Translations under genes and position numbers: made by a program
Notes under the pieces: model-generated
What the model saw: the letters and a program-made list of their open reading frames with translations, nothing else
Databases searched by the model: none
Told to the model about the DNA's origin: nothing
Part shown: positions 29,665-39,050 of the stretch, one piece after another
How positions within the stretch are numbered: position 1 is the stretch's first letter
How the letters are laid out: every line of letters begins with the position of its first letter
NCBI GenBank assembly: GCA_938005475.1
Contig: CALLNY010000003.1
Location: 2,540 to 66,539, forward strand
DNA length: 64,000 nucleotides
From: an uncultured Bacteroidia bacterium
Lineage (GTDB): Bacteria > Bacteroidota > Bacteroidia > J057 > CALLMJ01
Reading direction: 5' to 3'

Positions 29665-31338
29665 TCACTTGGGAGTTTTTATTTTATAAAAGCGGTAGCC
29701 ACCGTTTTGATATAAAAACTTATATTTGCCCGAATATTCGTTTTCAAAATTTGTGTAGTCTTTCAGTTTAACACTGATATAAATCGTTTTATTTTTTTCA
29801 TTTTCTAAAACCCATGGTAAATCATTTTTTAATGCATTTTGAGGAGTGACTTTACCATAAAAATAATGTGCATACGATTTGTAACCGTAGGTAACCATAT
29901 AAGCATCCTCGTTAGCATGATTACGCCAAAAATTTACAGCGGATGTTTGGGTAAAGATAGCAACTTTCGGTACAATGTAATAATTTAACAGATTTAAAAA
30001 GATAGGCGTAGTAATAGCAAAAAGTATTAAAAACATAAAGGATTGCCTTAAAATCAGTAATACCAAACCCACCATCAATACTAACGTATAAAAAATTCCT
30101 ATCCAGTACTCTCCCCCTAACCAGTTCAAAGGAATATTCATTGCATCTAAGACATGGATATCACGAATATAATGCGAATACTCCTTAATATGGGGAGCGA
30201 GCACAAGCAAGGTAGTAACCCCACCACCCCAAACCAGCATACTAATTCCATACAAAATATAAGTATGCCAAGGAAATTTTAAATCTTCCTTAATTTGATA
30301 ATACAAAAATGAAGCCGCTAAATATACCCCAGGGAAATACGTCATAGAAGAATAATGTACTATCTTGGTCCTTGATATGCTAAACACTATTAGAACTACC
30401 CAAAACCAAACCGTCATAAATTTTTTTACTAACCTTTCAGAATATCTTTCGGGTAAGTCCCCCATACCTGAAATAAAAAACAAAGACATCGGAAAACACC
30501 CTAAAAAAACTACTACAAAATGATAATAAAAAGGTTGCTCGTGCCCTGCAACAGGTTGCGTAAATAGCTCTATTTGATATTGAATGAACTTTTCTATATA
30601 CCAAGAACCATGCACCCACGTTTCCCAACCAAACCATGACCCCACCACAGCTACGTAACTAATCAAAAATAAAATAATTTGTCCTACCCTAAAAATCCAT
30701 TTTTGATACAAAAGCATAAAAACGCTATAAGTTAATATGAGTATTAAAAGCGCCACTGGTCCTTTGGTTAAGGTAGCTAAACCAATCCAAAAACCTGCTT
30801 TCAGAGAAGCCCATTTTTTATCATTCTCTTCCCAAGGTAACAATCGACGCGTCTCCGATACCACTTGCTCATAACGTATCACATAATATAACCCTAAAAA
30901 AATAAACAAATTAAACGTTGGATCAATGATGGAAGACTTGAAATAAAAATGAGGTAATAATGAACCCAAATACAAAAGCACTAAAATTCTACCGAAAGTA
31001 ACATCTTTTATTTGAGTACCCGCTTTATATAAACTAATTAAAGTAAATCCCCCTATGATAGCATTCGGAAGCCTTGCCGCAAACTCATTTACCCCTAATA
31101 AAGCCATAGATAAACTTTGTAACCAAAAAAATAACGGAGGTTTCTCCCAAAAAGGTTTATAGTTGATTTGAACCCTAAAAAAATCCCGCGTAACCAACAT
31201 CTCCCTTGCTGACTCCGCAAAATTAATTTCATCCCAATCAAATAATCGATTATAACCCAATAAAATACAAAAAATACCTACACCTATAAAAAAAATCCAA
31301 AATTGTTCATTAATCCGAGGAATTTTGCTAGTATTCAT
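29665..31338 (-). CDS. GT-C fold glycosyltransferase, family 39 (ArnT/PMT-like)
   Basis: N-terminal DEINFAESAREML (the DE motif of the first periplasmic loop), KPPLFFWLQ and more than 10 TM segments. Confidence 0.8.
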   Translation of the reverse strand: MNTSKIPRINEQFWIFFIGVGIFCILLGYNRLFDWDEINFAESAREMLVTRDFFRVQINYKPFWEKPPLFFWLQSLSMALLGVNEFAARLPNAIIGGFTLISLYKAGTQIKDVTFGRILVLLYLGSLLPHFYFKSSIIDPTFNLFIFLGLYYVIRYEQVVSETRRLLPWEENDKKWASLKAGFWIGLATLTKGPVALLILILTYSVFMLLYQKWIFRVGQIILFLISYVAVVGSWFGWETWVHGSWYIEKFIQYQIELFTQPVAGHEQPFYYHFVVVFLGCFPMSLFFISGMGDLPERYSERLVKKFMTVWFWVVLIVFSISRTKIVHYSSMTYFPGVYLAASFLYYQIKEDLKFPWHTYILYGISMLVWGGGVTTLLVLAPHIKEYSHYIRDIHVLDAMNIPLNWLGGEYWIGIFYTLVLMVGLVLLILRQSFMFLILFAITTPIFLNLLNYYIVPKVAIFTQTSAVNFWRNHANEDAYMVTYGYKSYAHYFYGKVTPQNALKNDLPWVLENEKNKTIYISVKLKDYTNFENEYSGKYKFLYQNGGYRFYKIKTPK

Positions 31339-31464
31339 GAAATACGGAGATATAAAAAAGCAAAATTAAAAAATCTCTCTAAATTTAAACGAAAAAATAA
31401 CTTATTACCCAAAATCTAATCTCCACATTAAATACCGATTAATAAATTTACGAATGTATAAAAA

Positions 31465-31494
31465 TTGTTATGAATAAAATTCTTACTAATTTTG
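31465..31494 (+). promoter_or_regulatory. Promoter: -33 TTG (31465-31467) and -7 TAATTTTG (31487-31494)
   Basis: Exact TAnnTTTG 14 nt before the ATG at 31508, with a TTG 19 nt upstream of the box. Confidence 0.5.
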
Positions 31495-31507
31495 CTTCTT
31501 TATTCGT

Positions 31508-33940
31508 ATGCATAAAAAAATTTTTGTCTTTACGGGAATATTATTAGTTTTATCAAAAATTACATCCGCACAGCTCTGCCCGCATACCGTTACTCATATC
31601 ACTGACTTAGCTAAACCTCGTGAACACTCCCTCGATATTACCCAAATGACTGTACAAGTAAAATTTGACCCGCCCAAAGGAAAGGTAATAGGAAAAGTAA
31701 CCCATTATTATAAAACCATACAACCTCTTGTAGATACAGTTTTCTTTGATGCTCCTGCAATTCGTATCATAAAAGCTTATTGCAATCAAAAAGAAGTTAA
31801 TTTTAAAACTACCCCAGAGGGAGTTACCATTTTTCTTAATCCTCCGTTAAAGTGGGGAACTTCTGGCGAAATTACTTTTGATTACGAAGCTACTCCACGA
31901 AAAGGTATTTATTTCATTGGATGGAATGACCCCCAAAACAAAAGCCGTAAACAAATCTGGACCCAAGGACAAGGCATTGATAACCGCCATTGGATACCTA
32001 TGTATGACGATGCCAACGATAAAATGATTACCGAAACCATCGTAGAATTTGATAAAAAGTACCAAGTGCTCTCTAATGGAACGCTCATCAGTAAAAAAGA
32101 AAATGGAAACTATCTTACATGGCACTATTCTATGACAAGACCTCACGCTAACTATTTGTTGATGCTTGCCATTGGTGAATATGGTATTGAACAGCGTAAA
32201 ACAAAAAGCGGTGTCACTGTCAATTTGTATTATTATCCCGACCAACCCCATAAAATTAAACCTACCTACCTTTACTCTACGGAATGTATTGAATTTATGG
32301 AACAAGAAACAGGTATCCCTTACCCTTGGGAATCCTACTCTCAAGTACCCGTACAAGATTTTATGTATGGTGCTATGGAGAATACCACCGCAACCATCTT
32401 CGGTGATTTTTATCATATTGATGATAGAGGCTTTTTAGATAGAAGTTACTATCGCGTGAACGTCCACGAACTTACCCATCAATGGTTTGGTGATCTTATC
32501 ACCCATCGCTCAATAACGGATATTTGGCTTCACGAAAGCTTTGCTACCTACTACCCCAAGCTGTTTATCAAAAAATTTATTAGTCAAGATGAGTATGAAT
32601 GGAATTTAAGAAGCGAACAAAATGCCGCATTAGAAGCAAGTAAGAAAGACAAACTCCCTATAAGAAACCAAAATGCAGGCACATCACGATTTTATCCAAA
32701 AGGCTCTGCTGTCATTGATATGATGAACTATGTATTCGGTGAGGAGGCTTATAAAGCAGTTATTCATTATTACCTAAAAAAACACGCTTATCAAAACGTA
32801 GAAACAAACGATTTATATCAAGCCTTTCAGGATACCTTAGGCATCTCCCCAGACTGGTTTTTTGACCAATGGATTTATCGTGGCGGAGAACCCCATTACC
32901 ACGTAAGTTATAAAGATATAATCTTGGCTAACTCTCAAAAACGCTTTACTCAAATAGTAGTAAAACAAATTCATGAAATCAACGAATTAGTAAAGTATTT
33001 TAAAATGCCTGTTGTCATTGAAGTTTATTATACAGATGGAACTAAGGATAGTCAAAAAGTTTGGATTGAAGAAGCATCCCATGTCATTACTATACCGAAT
33101 ACCGCAAATAAAAACATAGCTTTTGTTTTGTTTGACCCCGGCAGTAGAATTTTAAAAACAATTACCTTTGATAAATCTTACGAGGAATTAATAGCCCAAG
33201 CGACCAATGCCCCCCACATGATTGACCGATACGACGCTTTGGTAGCTTTGCGTTCTTTTCCTATTGAACAAAAAAGAAATTTCCTTATTCAGTCTTACGA
33301 ACGTGAAACGTTTCATGCTATTCGTTCCGAAATCTTAGAACAACTAATTAACGATAATCAGGAAGCTTCTTATGCCGTAATACAAAAAGCCGCTAAGGAC
33401 CCCTCCGTAGAAGTTCGTAAAACACTAATCAACAAAACGTATTCTATTCCCCCTCAACTACTTCCTGCCTACGAAAAATTGCTTCAAGATTCTTCGTATA
33501 ATATTGTAACTACTGCCCTAGAAAAACTACTTTACTTATTCTCCGAAAAAAAAGCTCAATATTTAAAAATTACTGAAAAAGAGGTTGGTTCTCACGCAAG
33601 TATAAAAATAAAATGGCATCAATACAATGCTTTGTATAACCAAGCCGCAACTTCTAAAAAAGCTTTGGTAGATTATACAAGTCCATCTTACGAATTTATT
33701 ACTCGAAAAAATGCAATGGAAGCTTTAATTGCTATCAATTACTTAAACGAAGATGCGGTAGCCCATCTATTCCAAGCCGCTCTCTCTTCTAATAATCGTT
33801 TAGCAAACCCTGCCATAGAAACCCTTCAATATTTTGCTAAGCAAATACCTTACGCCCAAATGATAGATAAATATTACCACCAAAATACTTGGTTGGAATG
33901 GCAAAAAAATATACTACAACCCATATTACGTAAAAAATAA
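31508..33940 (+). CDS. M1-family zinc aminopeptidase with C-terminal helical-repeat domain
   Basis: GAMENT exopeptidase motif, HELTHQWFGD (HExxH) and WLHESFATY (distal Glu). Signal peptide present. Confidence 0.9.
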   Translation: MHKKIFVFTGILLVLSKITSAQLCPHTVTHITDLAKPREHSLDITQMTVQVKFDPPKGKVIGKVTHYYKTIQPLVDTVFFDAPAIRIIKAYCNQKEVNFKTTPEGVTIFLNPPLKWGTSGEITFDYEATPRKGIYFIGWNDPQNKSRKQIWTQGQGIDNRHWIPMYDDANDKMITETIVEFDKKYQVLSNGTLISKKENGNYLTWHYSMTRPHANYLLMLAIGEYGIEQRKTKSGVTVNLYYYPDQPHKIKPTYLYSTECIEFMEQETGIPYPWESYSQVPVQDFMYGAMENTTATIFGDFYHIDDRGFLDRSYYRVNVHELTHQWFGDLITHRSITDIWLHESFATYYPKLFIKKFISQDEYEWNLRSEQNAALEASKKDKLPIRNQNAGTSRFYPKGSAVIDMMNYVFGEEAYKAVIHYYLKKHAYQNVETNDLYQAFQDTLGISPDWFFDQWIYRGGEPHYHVSYKDIILANSQKRFTQIVVKQIHEINELVKYFKMPVVIEVYYTDGTKDSQKVWIEEASHVITIPNTANKNIAFVLFDPGSRILKTITFDKSYEELIAQATNAPHMIDRYDALVALRSFPIEQKRNFLIQSYERETFHAIRSEILEQLINDNQEASYAVIQKAAKDPSVEVRKTLINKTYSIPPQLLPAYEKLLQDSSYNIVTTALEKLLYLFSEKKAQYLKITEKEVGSHASIKIKWHQYNALYNQAATSKKALVDYTSPSYEFITRKNAMEALIAINYLNEDAVAHLFQAALSSNNRLANPAIETLQYFAKQIPYAQMIDKYYHQNTWLEWQKNILQPILRKK

Positions 33941-33952
33941 TTTTCAAGGCTT

Positions 33953-34630
33953 ATGAGTTGGTTTCATGCCTTTGTTGATTTAATTCTTCCAAGAACCTGC
34001 ATATCCTGCACAACGAAACTACTAAAAAATGAAAAATATGTCTGTTTAAACTGTTTAACAGATTTAGCTTTTTTGCATGATTATAAACAACTAAAAGATA
34101 ATAAGATTTACTACCAAATTGCGGGGCTTGTTCCAATTCAAGGGGCTTTCGCAGGCTTTCGTTTTGATAAAGGCGGTAAACTACAAAAGTTAATCCATCA
34201 TCTGAAATACTATCAAAAGCCCCAGATTGGTATTATTTTAGGGGAATATTTAGCTTCTCGGATAGACAATCCTTTTCCGAAAAACAGTATTTTAATTCCT
34301 ATTCCTCTCCATAGACAAAAATTAAAGAAAAGGGGCTACAATCAAGCGGCAAAAATAGCACAAGGTTTGAGTAACATCTGGAAAATAGAATTATTTGAAC
34401 AAGGATTGGTAAGAACAAAATTTACAGAAACCCAAACTTTTAAATCAAAAGTAGAACGACAAAAAAACGTAGAAAATATTTTTGAAGTAACCCAAACCAT
34501 TAAAAGACCTATAGTTCTAGTAGATGATGTAATTACAACAGGTGCTACTTTAATTTCTGCTAGTAGAACCCTGAAAAACCATAATATAAAAGATATTTAC
34601 ATAGTAACACTTGCCGCCGCTAACTATTAA
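33953..34630 (+). CDS. ComF-family phosphoribosyltransferase-like protein
   Basis: N-terminal Cys pairs (CISC..CLNC) and the PRTase motif IVLVDDVITTGATL. Confidence 0.85.
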   Translation: MSWFHAFVDLILPRTCISCTTKLLKNEKYVCLNCLTDLAFLHDYKQLKDNKIYYQIAGLVPIQGAFAGFRFDKGGKLQKLIHHLKYYQKPQIGIILGEYLASRIDNPFPKNSILIPIPLHRQKLKKRGYNQAAKIAQGLSNIWKIELFEQGLVRTKFTETQTFKSKVERQKNVENIFEVTQTIKRPIVLVDDVITTGATLISASRTLKNHNIKDIYIVTLAAANY

Positions 34631-35463
34631 AGTTGGATTTTTTGAAGCGTGATGTTCTGACCGAAAAATAAATTAGCTGTATCTTGGAAACTTGGAGTTA
34701 GATCAGTGACAAAAAATGTTAAATTCCCTTTTAGTTTGTTAGAGTGTAAATTACTTTTAGAGAAAAAGTCTCGAACTTTCTTTGATACGGCAATTGCACT
34801 ATCCACTACATGAACTTTTTGTAAGGCATTTACCTCAAAATAGTGCTCTACCTCCGTTCGGATTAAAGGGTAATGCGTACAACCTAAAATCAACGTGTCA
34901 ATATGCAAAAATCCTGTATCGGATAAATAGGCTTCAATAATTTCTTTGGAGACTTTATCACGTATCCAACCTTCTTCAATCATAGGAACTAATAAAGGGG
35001 TAGCTTTTTCTATAACAAAAGCAGTTGGAAGAAGGTCTAGAATTTTTTTTAAGTAGATATGAGAGAAGATAGTAGTTTTCGTTCCAATGACGCCAATACG
35101 CTGATTTTTTGTATATTGAATAGCTTCTTGGACAGCAGGTTGTATAACCTCAAATAAAATTAAATCAGGGTATTTTTGTTTAAGGAAATCGTAAGCAACA
35201 GCAGATGCAGTGTTACAAGCAATAACAACTGCTTTTACTTTCTTCTGTAATAAAAATTCAACGATTTCCAGTGCGTACTTCTGAAGCAGTTCTGGAGATT
35301 TATCACCGTAAGGAAGATGTGCAGTATCACCAAAATAAAGAAGGGATTCACTCGGTAAAATATCATGTATAGCCTTTGCAACGGTTAGTCCGCCTATACC
35401 TGAATCAAAAATACCGACAGGTAAATTACTTTCCACCACCGGATTTAGGTTTTTCAGGAGCAA
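34627..35463 (-). CDS. murI: Glutamate racemase
   Basis: GIFDSGIGGLTV, IACNTAS and LGCTHYP catalytic Cys motifs. The start is uncertain: ATG 35463 overlaps the skp end by 38 nt, and in-frame GTG codons 9-10 are alternatives. Confidence 0.92.
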   Translation of the reverse strand: MLLKNLNPVVESNLPVGIFDSGIGGLTVAKAIHDILPSESLLYFGDTAHLPYGDKSPELLQKYALEIVEFLLQKKVKAVVIACNTASAVAYDFLKQKYPDLILFEVIQPAVQEAIQYTKNQRIGVIGTKTTIFSHIYLKKILDLLPTAFVIEKATPLLVPMIEEGWIRDKVSKEIIEAYLSDTGFLHIDTLILGCTHYPLIRTEVEHYFEVNALQKVHVVDSAIAVSKKVRDFFSKSNLHSNKLKGNLTFFVTDLTPSFQDTANLFFGQNITLQKIQL

Positions 35464-36001
35464 CGGGAACAGTAATTCCTAACTTTTTCATAATTTTTTC
35501 TGTTATATTATGTTGTTCAGGACCGAATAAAATAGTTGCAACGCCTGCGCTGTTAGTACTATTAAAAATATAAGTGTAACCTTCTTCTTTAGCGACTTCA
35601 TCAATAGCTTTTTGGAGTTTATCTGTAATAGGTTTGAGGAGTTCTTCGCGTTTTAGCATGAGGTCATTTTCAGAAGCTTGCGCAAATTTTTTGATTTCAT
35701 CGTCTAATTTAAGGAGTTCTTTTTGCATTTCTTCATCTTGTTGGGGAGTTAATTTTTTTTCTTCTTTCATTTTGAGGTAAGTATCTAATTTACCTTGTGC
35801 GTAGCTTTGTTTGATAGAAAGTTGCTCGGTGAGTTTTTGTTCATAATTTTTTAACGTTTGTTCCATTTGTTTAGCTTCAGGCATAAAAGTGAGTATGTAC
35901 TCAATGTTAGTATAACCAATTTTTAATTGTTGTGCCCAGTTTAAGGAATAAACGAATAACAAAACAGCTAGTACAGCGAAGAATTTCATGTATTTTTTCA
36001 T
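35426..36001 (-). CDS. OmpH/Skp-family periplasmic chaperone
   Basis: Signal peptide, then a long Lys/Glu/Gln-rich coiled coil. The skp-murI order is common in this phylum. Start set to the ATG at 36001 because the ORF-track TTG lies inside the promoter box. Confidence 0.8.
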   Translation of the reverse strand: MKKYMKFFAVLAVLLFVYSLNWAQQLKIGYTNIEYILTFMPEAKQMEQTLKNYEQKLTEQLSIKQSYAQGKLDTYLKMKEEKKLTPQQDEEMQKELLKLDDEIKKFAQASENDLMLKREELLKPITDKLQKAIDEVAKEEGYTYIFNSTNSAGVATILFGPEQHNITEKIMKKLGITVPVAPEKPKSGGGK

Positions 36002-36010
36002 ATAAAATTG

Positions 36011-36018
36011 CAAAATTA
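36011..36018 (-). promoter_or_regulatory. -7 promoter box (TAATTTTG) for skp
   Basis: Exact TAnnTTTG on the minus strand ending 10 nt before the ATG at 36001. Confidence 0.45.
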
Positions 36019-36056
36019 AGTATTAGAATGGAAATACCAAAAATTGTACCATAAAA

Positions 36057-36704
36057 TTATAAGTTATTCCAAAAAATGAATCCAAAGTTGAGGAAGAGAT
36101 GGAAGTTCTCAAATTTTAAGTTCGTTTTAGTGGTAGCGGTATTTTTGAGGAAGTAATCAAAGCCGGGGCGGATAAAGAAAGATTTTCTGGGAGCATAAGC
36201 TTTTCGTATCCAAGCAGAAATACTAACTCCGGGAAGAAATCCATAAATCGTTCGATATTCATTGGTATTTAGGCGTTGTAATTTTTTATCATTTTCTGAT
36301 TGATGTAAAGAAGTAAAACGAAAATCTGCTTTCGAGCCGATTAAGAAAGCCAGTTCATTATCACGATGAAAATCTTTAAAACGAAATTTATAATGGGCAC
36401 CGAGAAAAAGGTAAATAAAATGGAAGTTCATTTTTTGGTTATTATCAGGTTGAAAGAAGGAATTTGGAGTTGCTTTTTCAAGAATAGAGAAACCTCTTGC
36501 TCCTGCTTCTAATAAAAAACCATCTTTTTTTCCACAGCGGTATCTTGTATAAAAGCCACATGCATTATAAGCATAAAATGGAGTGAGATTTGTTGCACCT
36601 ACTGGCACGTTGCTACCTCCCCCTAACTGCATGCCCACTTCATCCAAATGATACTGGGCTTCCGCAAAAGAAAAAATTATCAATATAAAAATAATAAAAT
36701 TCAT
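36057..36704 (-). CDS. Hypothetical outer-membrane beta-barrel protein
   Basis: Start moved to MNFIIFILIIFSFAEAQ (signal peptide). Beta-strand pattern; no known motif. Confidence 0.4.
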   Translation of the reverse strand: MNFIIFILIIFSFAEAQYHLDEVGMQLGGGSNVPVGATNLTPFYAYNACGFYTRYRCGKKDGFLLEAGARGFSILEKATPNSFFQPDNNQKMNFHFIYLFLGAHYKFRFKDFHRDNELAFLIGSKADFRFTSLHQSENDKKLQRLNTNEYRTIYGFLPGVSISAWIRKAYAPRKSFFIRPGFDYFLKNTATTKTNLKFENFHLFLNFGFIFWNNL

Positions 36705-36805
36705 CACATGACAAAAATACGTTTTTTTATAGCAAGTAAATAGTGCACCAAAAAAAATCCCTTGCACAATAAAGCACAAGGGATATTGCTATCATATGAA
36801 AAAGT

Positions 36806-37678
36806 TTATTTACTTCCTAACACGTAAGTAAATCCAAAATTAATACCACCCGCTACGTTCATGGTAGAAGGTCTTTTAGCCGCATTAGAATTGGAAGTAG
36901 ACTTGAATTTAGATTCTAAATTATCCCAAGCTTTGGGTTGGTTGGTATTAGGAGTTCCATTCTGTTCAATTATAGTAACTTCTTTATTTTCAGCATCTCC
37001 AAAGGCATAATCAAAACGTAAAGTAAAATCTAAATACATGTTTTCAGCGATTTTGAATGAAGAGCCAAAACCTAATACCCAAGCTAATTGGAATTTATTG
37101 TAAAGTGGACCAGAATATTTTTCTTTATCAGTACTATCAGTACTTGGAATCGAATTAGGATTTTTTATAGTAAATTCTTTTTTATCGTAATTTATAGTAC
37201 CAATCCATTCTTCTTTGGTTACACGATTTACGATATTCCAGGTATCTTTGGAGCTTAAAAGGAACATGAGTTGGGGACCTGTATAGAAACGGAAAGCAGA
37301 AGTAGAGGAGGGGTCAGAACCTGTGCTGAATAAGAAAGGGATTTGAAGATAGTTTAAGCGAGTAGAAGCGGTGAGGTCTGCTTTTTTAGTGGGAGCGCCA
37401 TAAGGACTGTAATCTAACTCTCCTTTGTATTTTTGTCCTCTTGTGGAATAAACGATACCACTTTCAATACCGACGTAATCTGTAAAATGATAACCTAAGC
37501 GTAACCCAAAATTAGCTCCCCAACGAGGTGCGTAATTCAAGTTGTGTCCTTCATTGGAATCATGTTCATTAAATAACCATGTACTTTGGGGACCCCCTGT
37601 AACACCTACATGAAGTCCTTGCTGTGCTTGTAATGAAAAACCTAAAATACATACTAAAAAGAAAATCGTTTTTTTCAT
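36806..37678 (-). CDS. Outer-membrane beta-barrel (porin-like) protein
   Basis: Start moved to MKKTIFFLVCILGFSLQAQ. Gly/aromatic alternating strands and a terminal GINFGFTYVLG strand. Confidence 0.5.
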   Translation of the reverse strand: MKKTIFFLVCILGFSLQAQQGLHVGVTGGPQSTWLFNEHDSNEGHNLNYAPRWGANFGLRLGYHFTDYVGIESGIVYSTRGQKYKGELDYSPYGAPTKKADLTASTRLNYLQIPFLFSTGSDPSSTSAFRFYTGPQLMFLLSSKDTWNIVNRVTKEEWIGTINYDKKEFTIKNPNSIPSTDSTDKEKYSGPLYNKFQLAWVLGFGSSFKIAENMYLDFTLRFDYAFGDAENKEVTIIEQNGTPNTNQPKAWDNLESKFKSTSNSNAAKRPSTMNVAGGINFGFTYVLGSK

Positions 37679-37830
37679 TGTTGTAATAATTTGAAATAAC
37701 GCGGCAAAGATATACAATTTTCATAAGAATATAAAATTTTTTGGTATTTTTATAAGATAATTAGTTCTGGGGAGTAGTTAGGACATTAAAATACCGATTT
37801 ACTTTCTCTACAATATAATCTAATTTTTCG

Positions 37831-37838
37831 TAATTTTG
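37831..37838 (+). promoter_or_regulatory. -7 promoter box (TAATTTTG)
   Basis: Exact TAnnTTTG ending 7 nt before the ATG at 37845. The ORF-track TTG start lies inside the box. Confidence 0.5.
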
Positions 37839-37844
37839 CATAGC

Positions 37845-39050
37845 ATGACAATCCTACAAATAACTAACCGAATACCCTATCCATTAACAGATGGCGGGGC
37901 AATTGCTATTTATCATGTATCTAAATACTTGCATTTAGCGGGGCATCAAGTTATTATAGCTTCGCTCAATACCAATAAACACTTTCAGGACCCTTCCGTG
38001 ATGAACAATATAGCTCGAATTTATACCACTAATATCAACACTGATTTATCAGTTATCAAAGCTTTTAATAACCTACTATTTTCGGATATTCCTTATAATA
38101 TCCAACGTTTTTTATCCCAAGAGTTCTCAGCGCTATTGATAAAAGTGATACAAAAACATCAACCTGATATTATTCAGTTGGAAGGTTTACATCTATGTTT
38201 GTATATAGATTTACTAAAATCTATGACACAAGCACCAATTCTTTTACGAGCTCATAATGTAGAATTTGAGATATGGTCCCGATTAGCGAAAAACGAAAAA
38301 AACTGGTTTAAAAAAATTTATATTTATCATTTAGCACAAAAGATAAAAAAATATGAAATATCCAATTTAGGTCGTTTAGATGGAATTATTTCGATGACCA
38401 CAAAAGATGCGGATCAATTTAAGAGATTAGGATTTAAGGGACCCTTGATAACGGTTCCTGTTGGAGTAAGTGAAAAATGGTTAGCAGAAGCATTATTTTT
38501 TGAAGAACGAATTACTAAAATTGGTTTTCTTGGTAGTTTGGAATGGTTACCGAACGTACAAGGGTTAGAATGGTTTTTAGAGAAAGTATGGTTAAGATTT
38601 CATAATGATTATCCCCAAGTGGAATTACATGTAGCAGGAAGAAATCCTATAGAAAAAGTAAAAAATTGGAGGTATCCCAATGTAGTTATTTATGGAGAAG
38701 TACCTGATGCTATTGAATATTTGAAATCATTTTCAATAGTAATTGTGCCACTATTATCCGGTTCAGGCATGCGAGTAAAGATTGTAGAATCAATGGCATT
38801 AGGGAAATGTATCGTAACCACTTCAATTGGAGCGGAGGGTATTCCTGTCAATTCAGGCGAAAATATTTTTATAGCGAATGATGCAGAATCCTGGCAAAAT
38901 ATATTGAAAATACTAATTCAGAATCCAAACAAAGCTATGTCCATTGGAGAAAACGCAAGAAATTTCGCTAGACATCACTATGAATGGTCTTTTTTAGTGA
39001 AACAGATGCTTGATTTTTATCAACAATTGAAAATTAAAGAAAATGCTTGA
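37845..39050 (+). CDS. Glycosyltransferase, GT-B fold (family 4/group 1)
   Basis: N-terminal ILQITNRIPYPLTDGGAI and a C-terminal E..G....E-type region (VPLLSGSGMRVKIVESMALGKCIV). Confidence 0.8.
   Translation: MTILQITNRIPYPLTDGGAIAIYHVSKYLHLAGHQVIIASLNTNKHFQDPSVMNNIARIYTTNINTDLSVIKAFNNLLFSDIPYNIQRFLSQEFSALLIKVIQKHQPDIIQLEGLHLCLYIDLLKSMTQAPILLRAHNVEFEIWSRLAKNEKNWFKKIYIYHLAQKIKKYEISNLGRLDGIISMTTKDADQFKRLGFKGPLITVPVGVSEKWLAEALFFEERITKIGFLGSLEWLPNVQGLEWFLEKVWLRFHNDYPQVELHVAGRNPIEKVKNWRYPNVVIYGEVPDAIEYLKSFSIVIVPLLSGSGMRVKIVESMALGKCIVTTSIGAEGIPVNSGENIFIANDAESWQNILKILIQNPNKAMSIGENARNFARHHYEWSFLVKQMLDFYQQLKIKENA

Noticed and set aside
31847-32416. 189-aa ORF (and 32166-32438, 31607-31789) overlapping the M1 aminopeptidase gene
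   Set aside because: These are antisense or out-of-frame shadow ORFs inside a gene with unambiguous GAMEN/HExxH motifs, and they have no recognisable features of their own.
33951-34136. 61-aa minus-strand ORF at the comF start
   Set aside because: It is antisense to the ComF N-terminal Cys-pair region and has no independent support.
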